From Flavobacteriales bacterium (GTDB lineage Bacteria; Bacteroidota; Bacteroidia; Flavobacteriales; BACL11): a stretch of 64,000 nucleotides of DNA. Position numbers and translations under genes: made by a program. The stretch lies in contig JABGSE010000005.1 in the NCBI GenBank assembly GCA_018647945.1, forward strand, positions 1,491 through 65,490, given 5' to 3'. The notes beneath the pieces are model-generated. The model had not been told where the DNA came from, made no database searches, and saw only the letters and a list, made by a program, of their open reading frames with translations. Positions 38,360-48,221 of this stretch are shown here, in pieces. The first letter of the stretch is position 1, and every line of letters begins with the position of its first letter.

Positions 38360-39667
38360 CTAGTATCTGTAATATTCCGGCTTATACGGTCCTTCAACCG
38401 TTACTCCAATATACTCTGCTTGATCCGGTCTTAAAACTTCTAATTCTACCCCAATTTTAGCAAGGTGTAATCTGGCTACTTTTTCATCCAAATGTTTAGG
38501 AAGCATATATACTTCATTGTTGTAATTATCCGTATTGTTCCATAATTCCAATTGAGCCAATACTTGATTCGTAAATGAATTAGACATCACAAAAGAAGGA
38601 TGTCCAGTAGCACAACCTAAATTTACTAATCTACCTTCAGCAAGTAAAATAATATCTTTTCCGTCAATAGTGTACATATCCACCTGAGGCTTTACAGTAT
38701 CTTTAGTGTGTCCCCAATTATCATTTAACCAAGCTACATCAATTTCATTGTCAAAATGACCAATATTACAAACAATCGTTTTGTCTTTCATCCCCTCAAA
38801 ATGACGAGCCTGAATAATATCTTTATTTCCTGTTGTTGTTACAATGATATCTGCATTTTTACATGCATCATCCATTCTTTTAACGGCAAAACCATCCATT
38901 GCTGCTTGTAAAGCGCAAATAGGATCAATTTCTGTAACTATCACTCTAGCTCCCGCACCTCTAAGTGAAGCAGCGGAACCTTTACCAACATCCCCATAAC
39001 CGGCAACCACAGCAACTTTCCCCGCCATCATTACATCAGTTGCTCTTCTAATTGCATCAACTAACGACTCTTTACAACCGTACTTATTATCAAATTTTGA
39101 TTTAGTAACTGAATCGTTAATATTAATAGCAGGTGTTAAAAGTGTTCCTTTCTCCATTCTTTCATAAAGTCTATGAACTCCAGTAGTTGTTTCTTCCGAA
39201 AGACCCTTGATGTCCTCTACCATTTCTGGGAATCTATCAAATACCATATTCGTTAAATCTCCACCATCATCTAAAATCATATTTAATGATTTCCCCCCTT
39301 CAAAAGCAGTTAGAGTTTGTAAAATACACCAATCAAATTCTTCTTCATTTAACCCTTTCCAAGCAAAAACAGGAACTCCTGTAGCTGCAATTGCCGCAGC
39401 TGCCTGATCTTGCGTAGAAAATATATTACAAGACGACCAACTTACCTCAGCTCCTAAATGAGTTAATGTCTCAATTAATACTGCGGTTTGAATAGTCATA
39501 TGCAAACAACCAGCAATCCTTGCTCCAGCAAGTGGTTTACTATCTCCAAATTCTTCTCTAATCGACATTAATCCCGGCATTTCCGCTTCAGCTAATATCA
39601 TTTCTTTTCTTCCCCAATCTGCTAAGGAGATGTCTTTTACTTTATAATTCATTGTTTCCGTTTCCAT
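38360..39667 (-). CDS. ahcY: adenosylhomocysteinase
   Basis: ..[15 protein letters not shown].., an NAD-binding motif (..[13 protein letters not shown]..) and ..GHFDNEID.. are present. An alternative start lies at 39652. Confidence 0.95.
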   Translation of the reverse strand: METETMNYKVKDISLADWGRKEMILAEAEMPGLMSIREEFGDSKPLAGARIAGCLHMTIQTAVLIETLTHLGAEVSWSSCNIFSTQDQAAAAIAATGVPVFAWKGLNEEEFDWCILQTLTAFEGGKSLNMILDDGGDLTNMVFDRFPEMVEDIKGLSEETTTGVHRLYERMEKGTLLTPAININDSVTKSKFDNKYGCKESLVDAIRRATDVMMAGKVAVVAGYGDVGKGSAASLRGAGARVIVTEIDPICALQAAMDGFAVKRMDDACKNADIIVTTTGNKDIIQARHFEGMKDKTIVCNIGHFDNEIDVAWLNDNWGHTKDTVKPQVDMYTIDGKDIILLAEGRLVNLGCATGHPSFVMSNSFTNQVLAQLELWNNTDNYNNEVYMLPKHLDEKVARLHLAKIGVELEVLRPDQAEYIGVTVEGPYKPEYYRY

Positions 39668-39731
39668 TATATTTTTTTTAGGACGGCAAATATAAGCATT
39701 ATTATTACTTTTGTATTCAATATTTTAACTT

Positions 39732-40313
39732 ATGGGACTACATCTAATTATCAAAGAAAAAAAATCTGAAATTGGCATCTGGAAAATGGAAGAAATATGG
39801 GGAAAATTACAAAATATGATCTCTGAAACAGACAGTTCCCATCTAACTACTGAAAAAAGAAAAAAAGAGTTTTTATCCACCAGAATTCTTTTGAATAAGT
39901 TAAACCCTAATTCTGAAATTACTTATAACAAATTTGGAGCTCCTCAACTTTCGGATGGAAAACAGATTTCAATTTCTCATTCCAAAACATCTGTTGCGAT
40001 AATAATAAGCGACAACAATGTAGGAATTGACATTGAAGAAATTGATGAAAAAGCACTAAGAATATCTTCCAAGTTCATCAATAAAAATCATCTTGTAAAT
40101 TTAACAAAAGAAAAAGCAACTCTTATTTGGTGTGTAAAAGAATGCATCTATAAACTTTTTCAGAAAGGAAATATTGATTTTAGGAAAGACATAACAATTG
40201 AAGAGTTTCAAATTGAAAAAAAAGGAAAGATTAATTGTAAATTGAGAGGAGAAAAAATAATTGTGAATTATCAGAAAATAGATAATCAGTATTTAGCGTA
40301 TGTTTGCAATTAA
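39732..40313 (+). CDS. 4'-phosphopantetheinyl transferase superfamily protein
   Basis: 193 aa with ..ISISHSKTSVAIIIS..VGIDIEEI.. and ..WCVKECIYK.. motifs of Sfp/AcpS-type PPTases. Confidence 0.75.
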   Translation: MGLHLIIKEKKSEIGIWKMEEIWGKLQNMISETDSSHLTTEKRKKEFLSTRILLNKLNPNSEITYNKFGAPQLSDGKQISISHSKTSVAIIISDNNVGIDIEEIDEKALRISSKFINKNHLVNLTKEKATLIWCVKECIYKLFQKGNIDFRKDITIEEFQIEKKGKINCKLRGEKIIVNYQKIDNQYLAYVCN

Positions 40314-40325
40314 TAAAATTGAAAA

Positions 40326-41063
40326 ATGAATATCTACAATCATATTACAGAAAGTAAGAAAAGAGGAAATAAACTTTTCTCTATCTTAATTGACCCCGAC
40401 AAACAAGAAAAAGAAGAACTAATTTCTATTTGCCACAAAGCAACATCCGCAAAAACAGATTTCTTTTTTGTAGGAGGGAGTTTACTTACCAACGATAGTT
40501 TGGACAATTGCATTTCAACCCTAAAAGAAAACTCCAATATTCCAGTTGTTTTGTTTCCTGGAAACGCAATGCAAGTAAATAATAAAGCAGACGGAATCCT
40601 ATTTCTTACCTTAATTTCTGGGAGAAATGCAGAAATGTTGATTGGGAAACAAGTAATAACAGCTCCTATTTTGAAGCAATCTTCTTTGGAAGTTTTAGCA
40701 ACTGGCTACATGCTAATAGATAGCGGAAAAGCGACAACAGCCTCTTATATGAGTAACACCACTCCTATTCCGAACGACAAAAATGCAGTAGCATCTTGCA
40801 CAGCAATGGCTGGAGAAATGCTCGGATTAAAACTTATTTTTATGGATGGAGGAAGCGGAGCTCAAAATCCTATATCATCTACAATGATTTCTTCTGTAAG
40901 TAAATCGGTTGATGTCCCAATTATTATTGGAGGAGGAATAAGTTCTGCTGAAAAAGCTACTGAAAACTGCAAAGCAGGTGCTGACATTATTGTGGTTGGA
41001 AATGCAATTGAAAAGGATAATGGGTTAATTAAAGAAATTGCAAATGCAATTCATTCTTTGTAA
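40326..41063 (+). CDS. geranylgeranylglyceryl / heptaprenylglyceryl phosphate synthase (PcrB/GGGPS family)
   Basis: 245 aa TIM-barrel protein with ..FSILIDPDK.., ..FFFVGGS.. and ..IIIGGGISS..IVVGNAIE.., typical of GGGPS/PcrB. Confidence 0.8.
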   Translation: MNIYNHITESKKRGNKLFSILIDPDKQEKEELISICHKATSAKTDFFFVGGSLLTNDSLDNCISTLKENSNIPVVLFPGNAMQVNNKADGILFLTLISGRNAEMLIGKQVITAPILKQSSLEVLATGYMLIDSGKATTASYMSNTTPIPNDKNAVASCTAMAGEMLGLKLIFMDGGSGAQNPISSTMISSVSKSVDVPIIIGGGISSAEKATENCKAGADIIVVGNAIEKDNGLIKEIANAIHSL

Positions 41064-41067
41064 AGAT

Positions 41068-41928
41068 TTAATGCGTTTTGCACATATCTTCATCTACTAC
41101 AATAAAGTAATCAGCATTTCCAATTAACTCTTCATCAAACTGAGAGATATCTTCTTGTTCGACAACTTCAATAGTTACAATATCTAAATCCGAATTCAAT
41201 TGTAATAAATACCACATTATCGACTCGTAAAATCTAGAATGATACGAACCATTAAAGTGTAAAAATTTCGTGTTTTCCTTCATGTTTTTATGAATAAAAT
41301 ATGCCATAGTAGCGTCTTTTATTGCTTGAGATTTCGGTAAATTCTCTCCTCCATGACCTTCTGCCATTACAGATATTTCTTTATAGCAATGTAAAGAGGT
41401 GTCATAATCTATTGGGAGTGGAGCGATAAATTGTTTTGATGACTGAGGCAAATACTCTAAAGTATCCATTCCAAATCGATATACCATATTTGCAAATCTT
41501 CTGGGAATATTTGTTGCTACAAAATGTATCTTATTTTCTTTTGCAAAACTTAGAAGTGGCCTATAATCTGTTTTGTGGTTTGTCCAAATTTTAGCTTCCT
41601 TTTCAAAATCTTTCTCCCGGATAAATCCTAGGAGATACTCATCTAATTTAAGCTGATCATCCGACTCTAACATTTCGGACCCAAGCATTAAATTTTCTCC
41701 ATGTTTGTCAAAAAGACTTTTTGTAAGTTCTAACTGCAACCAATGAGAAATAGGGTCGTTATGATTTTCCCCAAAAAGTACAACATCCGCTTTTCCACAA
41801 TTTTGACTCATTATTCTATAAGACACCTTTTTTCCAGCATCATTATAAATCTGAAAAGCTCTATCTTGTCCGAAAATATCTATAAATAAATAAAAATTTA
41901 ATAGAGTAAATAATAATAGTTTTCTCAT
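41068..41928 (-). CDS. ChaN-family (haem/iron-associated, Tiki-like) lipoprotein
   Basis: ..ADVVLFGENHNDPISHWLQLEL.. is the signature ChaN/Cofac_haem_bdg N-terminal motif. I placed the start at MRKLLLFTLL. Confidence 0.7.
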   Translation of the reverse strand: MRKLLLFTLLNFYLFIDIFGQDRAFQIYNDAGKKVSYRIMSQNCGKADVVLFGENHNDPISHWLQLELTKSLFDKHGENLMLGSEMLESDDQLKLDEYLLGFIREKDFEKEAKIWTNHKTDYRPLLSFAKENKIHFVATNIPRRFANMVYRFGMDTLEYLPQSSKQFIAPLPIDYDTSLHCYKEISVMAEGHGGENLPKSQAIKDATMAYFIHKNMKENTKFLHFNGSYHSRFYESIMWYLLQLNSDLDIVTIEVVEQEDISQFDEELIGNADYFIVVDEDMCKTH

Positions 41929-41983
41929 AATGATAAATTTGTAATGCAAACTTATACATTTTCGTATTTTTGGCTCATTATTA

Positions 41984-42574
41984 ATGGAAGAAATAACTCA
42001 AATATTTAGTGACTACAATTTAAATTGGATTACAGTATGCGCTGCCAGTTTTGGAATTCTATACATAATTTTAGCTGCAAAAGAAAATGTCTGGTGCTGG
42101 TTAGCCGCAGCTATTAGTGTTTCTCTCTACATGTATATAAACTATAATTTAGGTTATTATTTACAATCTGCGCTCCAAATATTTTATCTCTTTATGGCAA
42201 TTTATGGATATGTTATGTGGAACAAATTAGATCCTGAAAGAATCAAAGAATGGTCTGCAAAAAAACATCTCTTTATAGTATTTATTGGAGCAATTATAAC
42301 TTTTATAATTGGATTCATATTAACAGAATATGTTGAGGATTCTGAACAGCCACTTCTCGATTCTCTTACTACAGTTTTTTCTGTATTTGCTTGTTATATG
42401 GTAGCAAAAAAAGTACTTGGAAACTGGTTGTACTGGATTGTGATAGACTCTCTTATAATTTATCTTTATTATATCCAGGGGGAGTTTATTTTGGCTCTAC
42501 AATTTTTAGTTTATATTATTATTGCTGTTTACGGTTATTTCTCTTGGATGCAGAAAATGAAAACGAATGGATAA
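41984..42574 (+). CDS. pnuC: Pnu-family transporter (nicotinamide riboside PnuC-like; thiamine-type PnuT not excluded)
   Basis: 196 aa with 7 TM segments and W-rich motifs (..ENVWCWLAA.., ..GNWLYWIVID..) typical of PnuC-family vitamin transporters. Confidence 0.8.
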   Translation: MEEITQIFSDYNLNWITVCAASFGILYIILAAKENVWCWLAAAISVSLYMYINYNLGYYLQSALQIFYLFMAIYGYVMWNKLDPERIKEWSAKKHLFIVFIGAIITFIIGFILTEYVEDSEQPLLDSLTTVFSVFACYMVAKKVLGNWLYWIVIDSLIIYLYYIQGEFILALQFLVYIIIAVYGYFSWMQKMKTNG

Positions 42575-43082
42575 AATAATTGTTACTGGACCTGAAAGTA
42601 GTGGGAAAACTACCATATGCCAGCAATTATCAACTCATTTTAAAATCCCGTTTACAAAAGAATTTGCTCGTGATTATATTGACAATTTAGATAAAGAATA
42701 TTTGCAAAAAGATTTAATAGAAATTGCTAAAGGACAATTAAAGAACGAACAACTAACAACTAACAACAAGAAACTATCCTTACACGACACCGACCTTATC
42801 ACCATAAAAATATGGAGTAATTACAAATATGGAAGTTGCGACAAGTGGATTATAAATCAGATTGAAAAACAAAAAACAGAAAATCGTTTTTATCTTTTAT
42901 GTAAGCCCGATATTCCATGGGAAGCAGATCCTCTCAGAGAGAACTCCCAAAATAGAGAAGAACTTTTTGAAATATATAAAAAAGAATTAGAAAAATTAAA
43001 ATACAATTATGTTATTATAGAAGGTGAAGAAAGGATTAAAAATTCCATTTCAAAAATCTCCAGTTTAATGTCCAATAATTAA
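42567..43082 (+). CDS. P-loop kinase, NadR C-terminal (ribosylnicotinamide kinase)-like
   Basis: 171 aa. IIVTGPESSGKTT..FTKEFARDYI.. resembles the RNK domain of NadR. It overlaps the pnuC stop by 8 nt. Confidence 0.65.
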   Translation: MDKIIVTGPESSGKTTICQQLSTHFKIPFTKEFARDYIDNLDKEYLQKDLIEIAKGQLKNEQLTTNNKKLSLHDTDLITIKIWSNYKYGSCDKWIINQIEKQKTENRFYLLCKPDIPWEADPLRENSQNREELFEIYKKELEKLKYNYVIIEGEERIKNSISKISSLMSNN

Positions 43083-43092
43083 AATCTAATTG

Positions 43093-43100
43093 TATTTTTG
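43093..43100 (+). promoter_or_regulatory. Bacteroidota-type -7 promoter box (TATTTTTG) driving the riboswitch-TonB receptor unit
   Basis: TAnnTTTG match directly upstream of the riboswitch core. Confidence 0.45.
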
Positions 43101-43104
43101 TGTC

Positions 43105-43187
43105 GTCTTAAAAGGGGTGCCCATAAAGCTGAGATTATACCCATTGAACCTGAGGTGGTAATTCATCATAGGAAAATGAGTTTTCAT
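43105..43187 (+). promoter_or_regulatory. TPP (THI-box) riboswitch
   Basis: The conserved core is read directly: GGGGTGC (43114-43120), GCTGAGA (43128-43134), ACCC (43139-43142), ACCTGA (43148-43153), a P5-like ggtgg-TAAT-tcatc, and TAGGAA (43169-43174). I could not pair P1 convincingly, and P3 is very short. Confidence 0.8.
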
Positions 43188-43249
43188 TAATTAAACATAC
43201 ATCAACCCCATAATGTGTGTAATGTTAACTTAAAAAAAAAAATTAAAAA

Positions 43250-45535
43250 ATGTTTAACAAAAAATTGAGTATTGCTGTACTTATAGCTTTGCCTATTATA
43301 GGGTTTGCACAGCAACAAGACAGCATTCCAATACAACAACTATTGGAAGAAGTAAATGTAAAAAGCACTGAAGCAGGAAAAAAAACTCCTATGGCTTTCA
43401 CTAATATTTCCGAAAAGGAAATAGAAAATATAAACTTAGGTCAGGATTTACCTTGCCTAATTTCACTTACTCCCTCTGTTGTTTATTCTTCAGATGCAGG
43501 AGCAGGAATTGGATATACTTATATGACTATAAGAGGTACGGATGCAAGTAGAATTAATGTAACGATTAACGGAATTCCTCTTAACGATTCAGAAAGTCAG
43601 GGTGTATGGTGGGTAAATATGCCAGATTTCACTTCTTCTGTAAGTAATATACAAATACAAAGGGGGGTAGGAACTTCTACAAATGGAGGATCTGCTTTTG
43701 GGGCAACAGTAAATTTACAAACTGATGGTCTAAGAAAAGATAAATACCTTACAACTTCCAATTCTGTTGGTTCTTTTAATTCTATCAAAAACAATATAGA
43801 ATTTGGGACAGGACTTTTAAATGGGAAATTTACTTTAGATGGTAGATTGTCTCAAATTACTTCTGATGGATTTATTGACAGAGCATCTTCTAATCTGAAA
43901 TCATTTTATTTTGCAGGAGGATATTATGGTGAAACTTCCATTTTAAAAGCAATTGTTTTTTCCGGACAAGAAAGAACTTATCAAGCTTGGTATGGTGTAC
44001 CTCAACAATATTTAGATACTCTCCCTACTTTTAATCCTTACAATTATAAAGATGAAGTAGATGATTATTCACAAACGCATTTTCAACTACATTACAACAA
44101 GCAATTAAGTCCGAAAACTTATTTGAATTTGGCAACTCATTATACTAAAGGAGGTGGTTTTTACGAGCAATATGTTGGTACCGAACACAATTCTATTCTG
44201 TATGATGGAGATTATATTTTCGGACAAAACTCTCTTTCGTATTATGGATTAGAAGATGTAATAGTAGATGGAGATACTATAACAACTACTAATCTAATAA
44301 GAAGAAAATGGTTAGATAACAATTTTTATGGGATAACTTTCTCCTTAAATCATTCTACAAATAATTTGAATTTAATTTTAGGGGGTGCTGCCAATACTTA
44401 TGTAGGTCAACATTTTGGGAAAGTTATTTCTACTGAAATTCATGGAGATTTAGAACATGAATACTATAGAAATGAAGCAACAAAAAACGATTATAATATC
44501 TATTTGAAAGGAGATTATAAACTTACACAAAAGATAAATCTTTTTGCAGATTTACAAAGCAGAATTATAGACTATAATTTTGAAGGTTTAAATGATGATG
44601 GAACAATTGCGAATCAAAATGTAAACTTGAATTTCTTCAATCCAAAGTTTGGATTGTTCTATAATATTTCTGATAAAACTGCAATATACACTTCATATTC
44701 TGTAGCAAATAAAGAACCAAACAGAAACGACTATGTGGAAAGTTCTCCTTCTGACAGACCTTTACACGAAACACTTTACGATACAGAAATTGGTTTAAAA
44801 CACAAATCGGAAAACTTTACTTTCGGTATTAACCTTTACCATATGGATTATAATAATCAACTTATAAATACTGGAGAGATAAATGATGTGGGGTATTCTG
44901 TGCACTCTAACATCAAGGATTCTTACAGAAAAGGAATTGAGTTAGAAGCAGCGGTAAAAATAACTAACAAATTAAGCTGGAGCGGAAACCTTACTTTATC
45001 CGAAAACAAAATTGTTTCTCATGATGAATACATTGAAACTTGGGATTATCCTGTAGTTTATCCAATTGAAGGTTTTGATATTCAAGTCATGGGGGAAGAT
45101 ACATTATTTCATAAAAGTTATGAAAATACCGATATTTCTTTTTCACCAAATATTATTTGGGTATCTCAATTCAATTATAAGTTAAAGGACAACTTTAATA
45201 TTGATGTAATTAGTAAATATGTTGGAGAGCAGTTTATTGACAATACCTCTTCTGAAGATAGGAAATTAGATGATTATTTGGTAAATAATTTACGCCTTAC
45301 TTATAACTTAAAGTTCAAAAATGTGAAAGAAGCAAGGCTAACTTTAATGGTAAATAATGTATTAGACAATCAGTACAGTAACAGAGCTTGGATTTACCGT
45401 TTTGTTTCTAAGGGTTGGGACCCAAGAGGTGAAGCAAACCCATATACCAATGCAGATTCGGATAGATATAATATGATTGGACAATTTCCACAAGCTGGAA
45501 GAAACTTTTTACTAGGATTAACTTTAGGTTTTTAA
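43250..45535 (+). CDS. TonB-dependent receptor (TPP-riboswitch controlled; likely thiamine or thiamine-precursor uptake)
   Basis: 761 aa with a signal peptide, a plug region (..IRGTDASRINVTINGIPLND..), a long beta-barrel and a terminal ..LGLTLGF. Confidence 0.88.
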   Translation: MFNKKLSIAVLIALPIIGFAQQQDSIPIQQLLEEVNVKSTEAGKKTPMAFTNISEKEIENINLGQDLPCLISLTPSVVYSSDAGAGIGYTYMTIRGTDASRINVTINGIPLNDSESQGVWWVNMPDFTSSVSNIQIQRGVGTSTNGGSAFGATVNLQTDGLRKDKYLTTSNSVGSFNSIKNNIEFGTGLLNGKFTLDGRLSQITSDGFIDRASSNLKSFYFAGGYYGETSILKAIVFSGQERTYQAWYGVPQQYLDTLPTFNPYNYKDEVDDYSQTHFQLHYNKQLSPKTYLNLATHYTKGGGFYEQYVGTEHNSILYDGDYIFGQNSLSYYGLEDVIVDGDTITTTNLIRRKWLDNNFYGITFSLNHSTNNLNLILGGAANTYVGQHFGKVISTEIHGDLEHEYYRNEATKNDYNIYLKGDYKLTQKINLFADLQSRIIDYNFEGLNDDGTIANQNVNLNFFNPKFGLFYNISDKTAIYTSYSVANKEPNRNDYVESSPSDRPLHETLYDTEIGLKHKSENFTFGINLYHMDYNNQLINTGEINDVGYSVHSNIKDSYRKGIELEAAVKITNKLSWSGNLTLSENKIVSHDEYIETWDYPVVYPIEGFDIQVMGEDTLFHKSYENTDISFSPNIIWVSQFNYKLKDNFNIDVISKYVGEQFIDNTSSEDRKLDDYLVNNLRLTYNLKFKNVKEARLTLMVNNVLDNQYSNRAWIYRFVSKGWDPRGEANPYTNADSDRYNMIGQFPQAGRNFLLGLTLGF

Positions 45536-45634
45536 GAAAAAAAATAGGATTTAGTTATTAGATTTAAGAAAATACCTCCAAATTGTAGGGATTTTTCTTT
45601 TTTTCAATTTCTGATTTGTTAAATTCTATTTTTA

Positions 45635-45642
45635 TACTTTTG
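45635..45642 (+). promoter_or_regulatory. Bacteroidota-type -7 promoter box (TACTTTTG) for DUF4290-murA
   Basis: TAnnTTTG match 18 nt upstream of ATG 45660. Confidence 0.4.
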
Positions 45643-45659
45643 CAAGCTAACAACAAATT

Positions 45660-46283
45660 ATGGATTATAATACAGAAAGAAAACAACTTATCATTCCCGA
45701 ATACGGAAGACATGTACAAAAAATGGTAGCTCATGCTACTTCCCTTTCGGATGAAGAGGAGAAGAAAAAATGCGTAAACGCAATTATCAGTTACATGGGG
45801 CAAATGAATCCACATTTGCGTGACATACCAGATTACAAACACAAACTTTGGGATCATCTTTTTATCATGTCCGAATTCGAATTGGATGTAGAATCTCCAT
45901 ACGAAAAGCCATTACCAGAAAAATTGTCGGAAAAACCAGAATGTTTGGACTACCCAAAAAGTAGTATAAAATATTCCTATTATGGCAAGCAAATACAAAC
46001 CATGATAGAAACTGCAATAAAAATGGAAGAAGGAGAAGAAAAACTCATCATTGCTGGAATGATTGCAAATCATATGAAAAAATGTTATTTAACTTGGAGT
46101 CAAAGTTCAGTAGATGACGCTACAATATTAAAACACTTTTCGCAGTTATCAGAAGAAAATTTAAAACTAGATGAAGATTTCAAATTAATTGACGATATAA
46201 AAGCAATTAAAAAGAATTCTGCAAAATACACCAAACATAAAAAAAGCCAACAAAACAATAAGAAGAAGAAAAAGAAATATTAA
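45660..46283 (+). CDS. DUF4290-like protein
   Basis: 207 aa. MDYNTERKQLIIPEYGRHVQKMV.. matches my memory of DUF4290, which precedes murA in Flavobacteriia. It has a Lys-rich tail, and its stop shares one nucleotide with the murA ATG (the two ORFs overlap by 1 nt). Confidence 0.75.
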   Translation: MDYNTERKQLIIPEYGRHVQKMVAHATSLSDEEEKKKCVNAIISYMGQMNPHLRDIPDYKHKLWDHLFIMSEFELDVESPYEKPLPEKLSEKPECLDYPKSSIKYSYYGKQIQTMIETAIKMEEGEEKLIIAGMIANHMKKCYLTWSQSSVDDATILKHFSQLSEENLKLDEDFKLIDDIKAIKKNSAKYTKHKKSQQNNKKKKKKY

Positions 46284-47590
46284 TGACTACATTTAAAGTA
46301 AAAGGAGGATTAAAATTAAAAGGAGATTTACATCCGCAAGGAGCAAAAAATGAAGCCTTACAAGTGCTTTGTGCAGTATTACTTACTCCGGAAGAAGTAA
46401 TAATGGAAAATGTACCTAACATCCGTGATGTAAATATACTTATCGACCTTTTACGAGATTTGAATGTAAAAGTAAATCAAATTGATAAAGAAACATATAG
46501 TTTTAAGGCGGATGAGGTAGATGTTGATTATCTTTCTTCTGATGATTATAAAGTTAAAAGTAGCCAAATTAGAGGATCAATCATGATTGTAGGTCCTTTA
46601 CTTGCTCGCTACGGAAAAGGTTATATTCCAAGACCGGGTGGAGACAAAATTGGAAGAAGAAGATTAGACACTCACTTTATTGGTTTCCAAAAATTAGGAG
46701 CTAATTTTGTGTACGATAGTAAAGAGGAATTCTACCGAGTTACTGCCGATCAGCTGAAAGGGACATACATGCTTTTGGATGAAGCTTCCGTAACAGGAAC
46801 AGCAAATATTGTAATGACTGCCGTGATGGCGAAAGGGAAAACTACGATTTACAATGCGGCTTGCGAACCTTATTTACAACAACTTTGCCAAATGCTTAAT
46901 TCCATGGGAGCAAAAATTTCTGGTATCGGTTCCAACCTTTTAGAAATTGAAGGAGTAGAAAAACTAGGAGGATGTACCCATAGAATACTTCCTGACATGA
47001 TTGAAATTGGAAGTTTTATTGGACTCGCTGCCATTACCCAATCTGAAATTACAATTAAAAATGTTTCTTACGATAAGTTGGGAGTTATTCCTTCAGTTTT
47101 TTCCAAATTAGGAATAAAAATGGAACGTAGAGGAGATGATATTTACATTCCGGCACAAGAAAGTTACGAGATTGAAAGCTTTATTGATGGTTCTATACTT
47201 ACCATTTCAGATGCTCCTTGGCCAGGTTTTACTCCTGATTTATTAAGTATTATTTTAGTAGTTGCTTCTCAGGCAAAAGGTTCGGTTCTTATCCACCAAA
47301 AAATGTTTGAAAGCAGACTTTTCTTTGTGGACAAACTAATAGATATGGGAGCTCAAATTATACTTTGCGATCCACACCGCGCTACCGTTATCGGTTTAAA
47401 TCATCAATTTAAATTCAAATCTACTACCATGACTTCTCCAGATATTAGAGCGGGAGTTTCTTTACTTTTAGCGGCACTTGCTGCTGATGGAGAAAGTACC
47501 ATACATAATGTAGAACAAATTGATAGAGGATACCAAAATATTGACGACAGATTAAATGCAATTGGTGCCGATATCCAAAGAATTGACTAA
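46283..47590 (+). CDS. murA: UDP-N-acetylglucosamine 1-carboxyvinyltransferase
   Basis: 435 aa with ..GAKNEALQVLCAVLL.. and ..GGDKIGRRRLDTH.. of the EPSP-synthase-fold MurA. Confidence 0.95.
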   Translation: MTTFKVKGGLKLKGDLHPQGAKNEALQVLCAVLLTPEEVIMENVPNIRDVNILIDLLRDLNVKVNQIDKETYSFKADEVDVDYLSSDDYKVKSSQIRGSIMIVGPLLARYGKGYIPRPGGDKIGRRRLDTHFIGFQKLGANFVYDSKEEFYRVTADQLKGTYMLLDEASVTGTANIVMTAVMAKGKTTIYNAACEPYLQQLCQMLNSMGAKISGIGSNLLEIEGVEKLGGCTHRILPDMIEIGSFIGLAAITQSEITIKNVSYDKLGVIPSVFSKLGIKMERRGDDIYIPAQESYEIESFIDGSILTISDAPWPGFTPDLLSIILVVASQAKGSVLIHQKMFESRLFFVDKLIDMGAQIILCDPHRATVIGLNHQFKFKSTTMTSPDIRAGVSLLLAALAADGESTIHNVEQIDRGYQNIDDRLNAIGADIQRID

Positions 47591-47698
47591 TTCTTAGAAA
47601 GAGAAATCTCTACTCCTGACAAAAAGTCCTAAAATCTACTTTGGCAAAGTATTTTCAATAATAGATATTGTATACAAATAAAAAATACAAAAACTGAA

Positions 47699-48214
47699 AT
47701 GAAAAAAAAGAAAAAAGAGGTAATTAAGGAAGTGGAAAACAAAGAGGAAAACACAAACTTGCAAGAGGAAGAAGTAAAAACTTCTCCTACAACTGAAGAA
47801 CTTTTGGCTATTGAAAAGGATAAAAATATTCGACTCATTGCAGAGTTTGAGAACTTCCGAAAGAGAAATGCAAAGGAAAGAATTGAGTTTTTCAGTACTG
47901 CTAATAAAGACATTATGACTTCTTTATTGCCCATTCTTGACAATTTTGAAAGATCTATAGAATCAAACAATTACACAGATAAGGACGGAACCATGATTAT
48001 TTACAAGCAGTTAAAATCAGAATTAGAAAAAAAAGGATTAAACGAAATTGAAAATCCAATTGGGAAAGAATTGGACACTAACTTTCATGAAGCAATCACA
48101 AATATTCCAGCACCTACAAAAAAGGAAATTGGAAAAATAATTGATTCAGTAGAAAAAGGATATATGTTAGGTGAAAAAGTAATCAGATATACTAAAGTTA
48201 TACTAGGAAAATAA
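47699..48214 (+). CDS. grpE: nucleotide exchange factor GrpE
   Basis: 171 aa with ..[13 protein letters not shown].., ..[10 protein letters not shown].. and ..FHEAI... Confidence 0.9.
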   Translation: MKKKKKEVIKEVENKEENTNLQEEEVKTSPTTEELLAIEKDKNIRLIAEFENFRKRNAKERIEFFSTANKDIMTSLLPILDNFERSIESNNYTDKDGTMIIYKQLKSELEKKGLNEIENPIGKELDTNFHEAITNIPAPTKKEIGKIIDSVEKGYMLGEKVIRYTKVILGK

Positions 48215-48221
48215 AACAAAA

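Noticed and set aside
42391-42579. 62-aa ORF overlapping the 3' end of pnuC in another frame
   Set aside because: It lies inside the well-supported PnuC TM region. The real downstream gene (the NadR-like kinase) starts at 42567 in a different frame.
43105-43113. P1 helix and terminator-type expression platform for the TPP riboswitch
   Set aside because: I could not pair a convincing P1. The small hairpin aatga-gttt-tcatt (43174-43187) lacks a T-tract. The riboswitch call rests on the conserved core only, and its mechanism (translational or other) is left open.
46255-46285. A-rich AAG/AAA tract at the DUF4290/murA junction and the A8 run at the grpE start (47701-47708), considered as slippery or phase-variable sites
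   Set aside because: They encode poly-Lys tails or heads in frame (KKKKKKY*, MKKKKKE). The reading frames are intact and such tracts are normal in AT-rich genomes.
47591-47698. CIRCE-like or other heat-shock operator upstream of grpE
   Set aside because: Only a short AGAGA-aa-TCTCT palindrome is present. There is nothing like the TTAGCACTC-N9-GAGTGCTAA element and no clear TAnnTTTG box, so no call was made.
47629-47970. 113-aa minus-strand ORF antisense to grpE, and similar antisense or shadow ORFs (for example 1269-1481, 2084-2326, 8815-9051, 15963-16295, 17740-18078, 24501-24836, 26636-26962, 37117-37407, 45564-45857, 60323-60577, 62121-62396)
   Set aside because: All lie entirely inside, or opposite to, ORFs with clear family signatures. 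Their translations are low-complexity (F/L/I/S-rich), as expected from AT-rich antisense frames.
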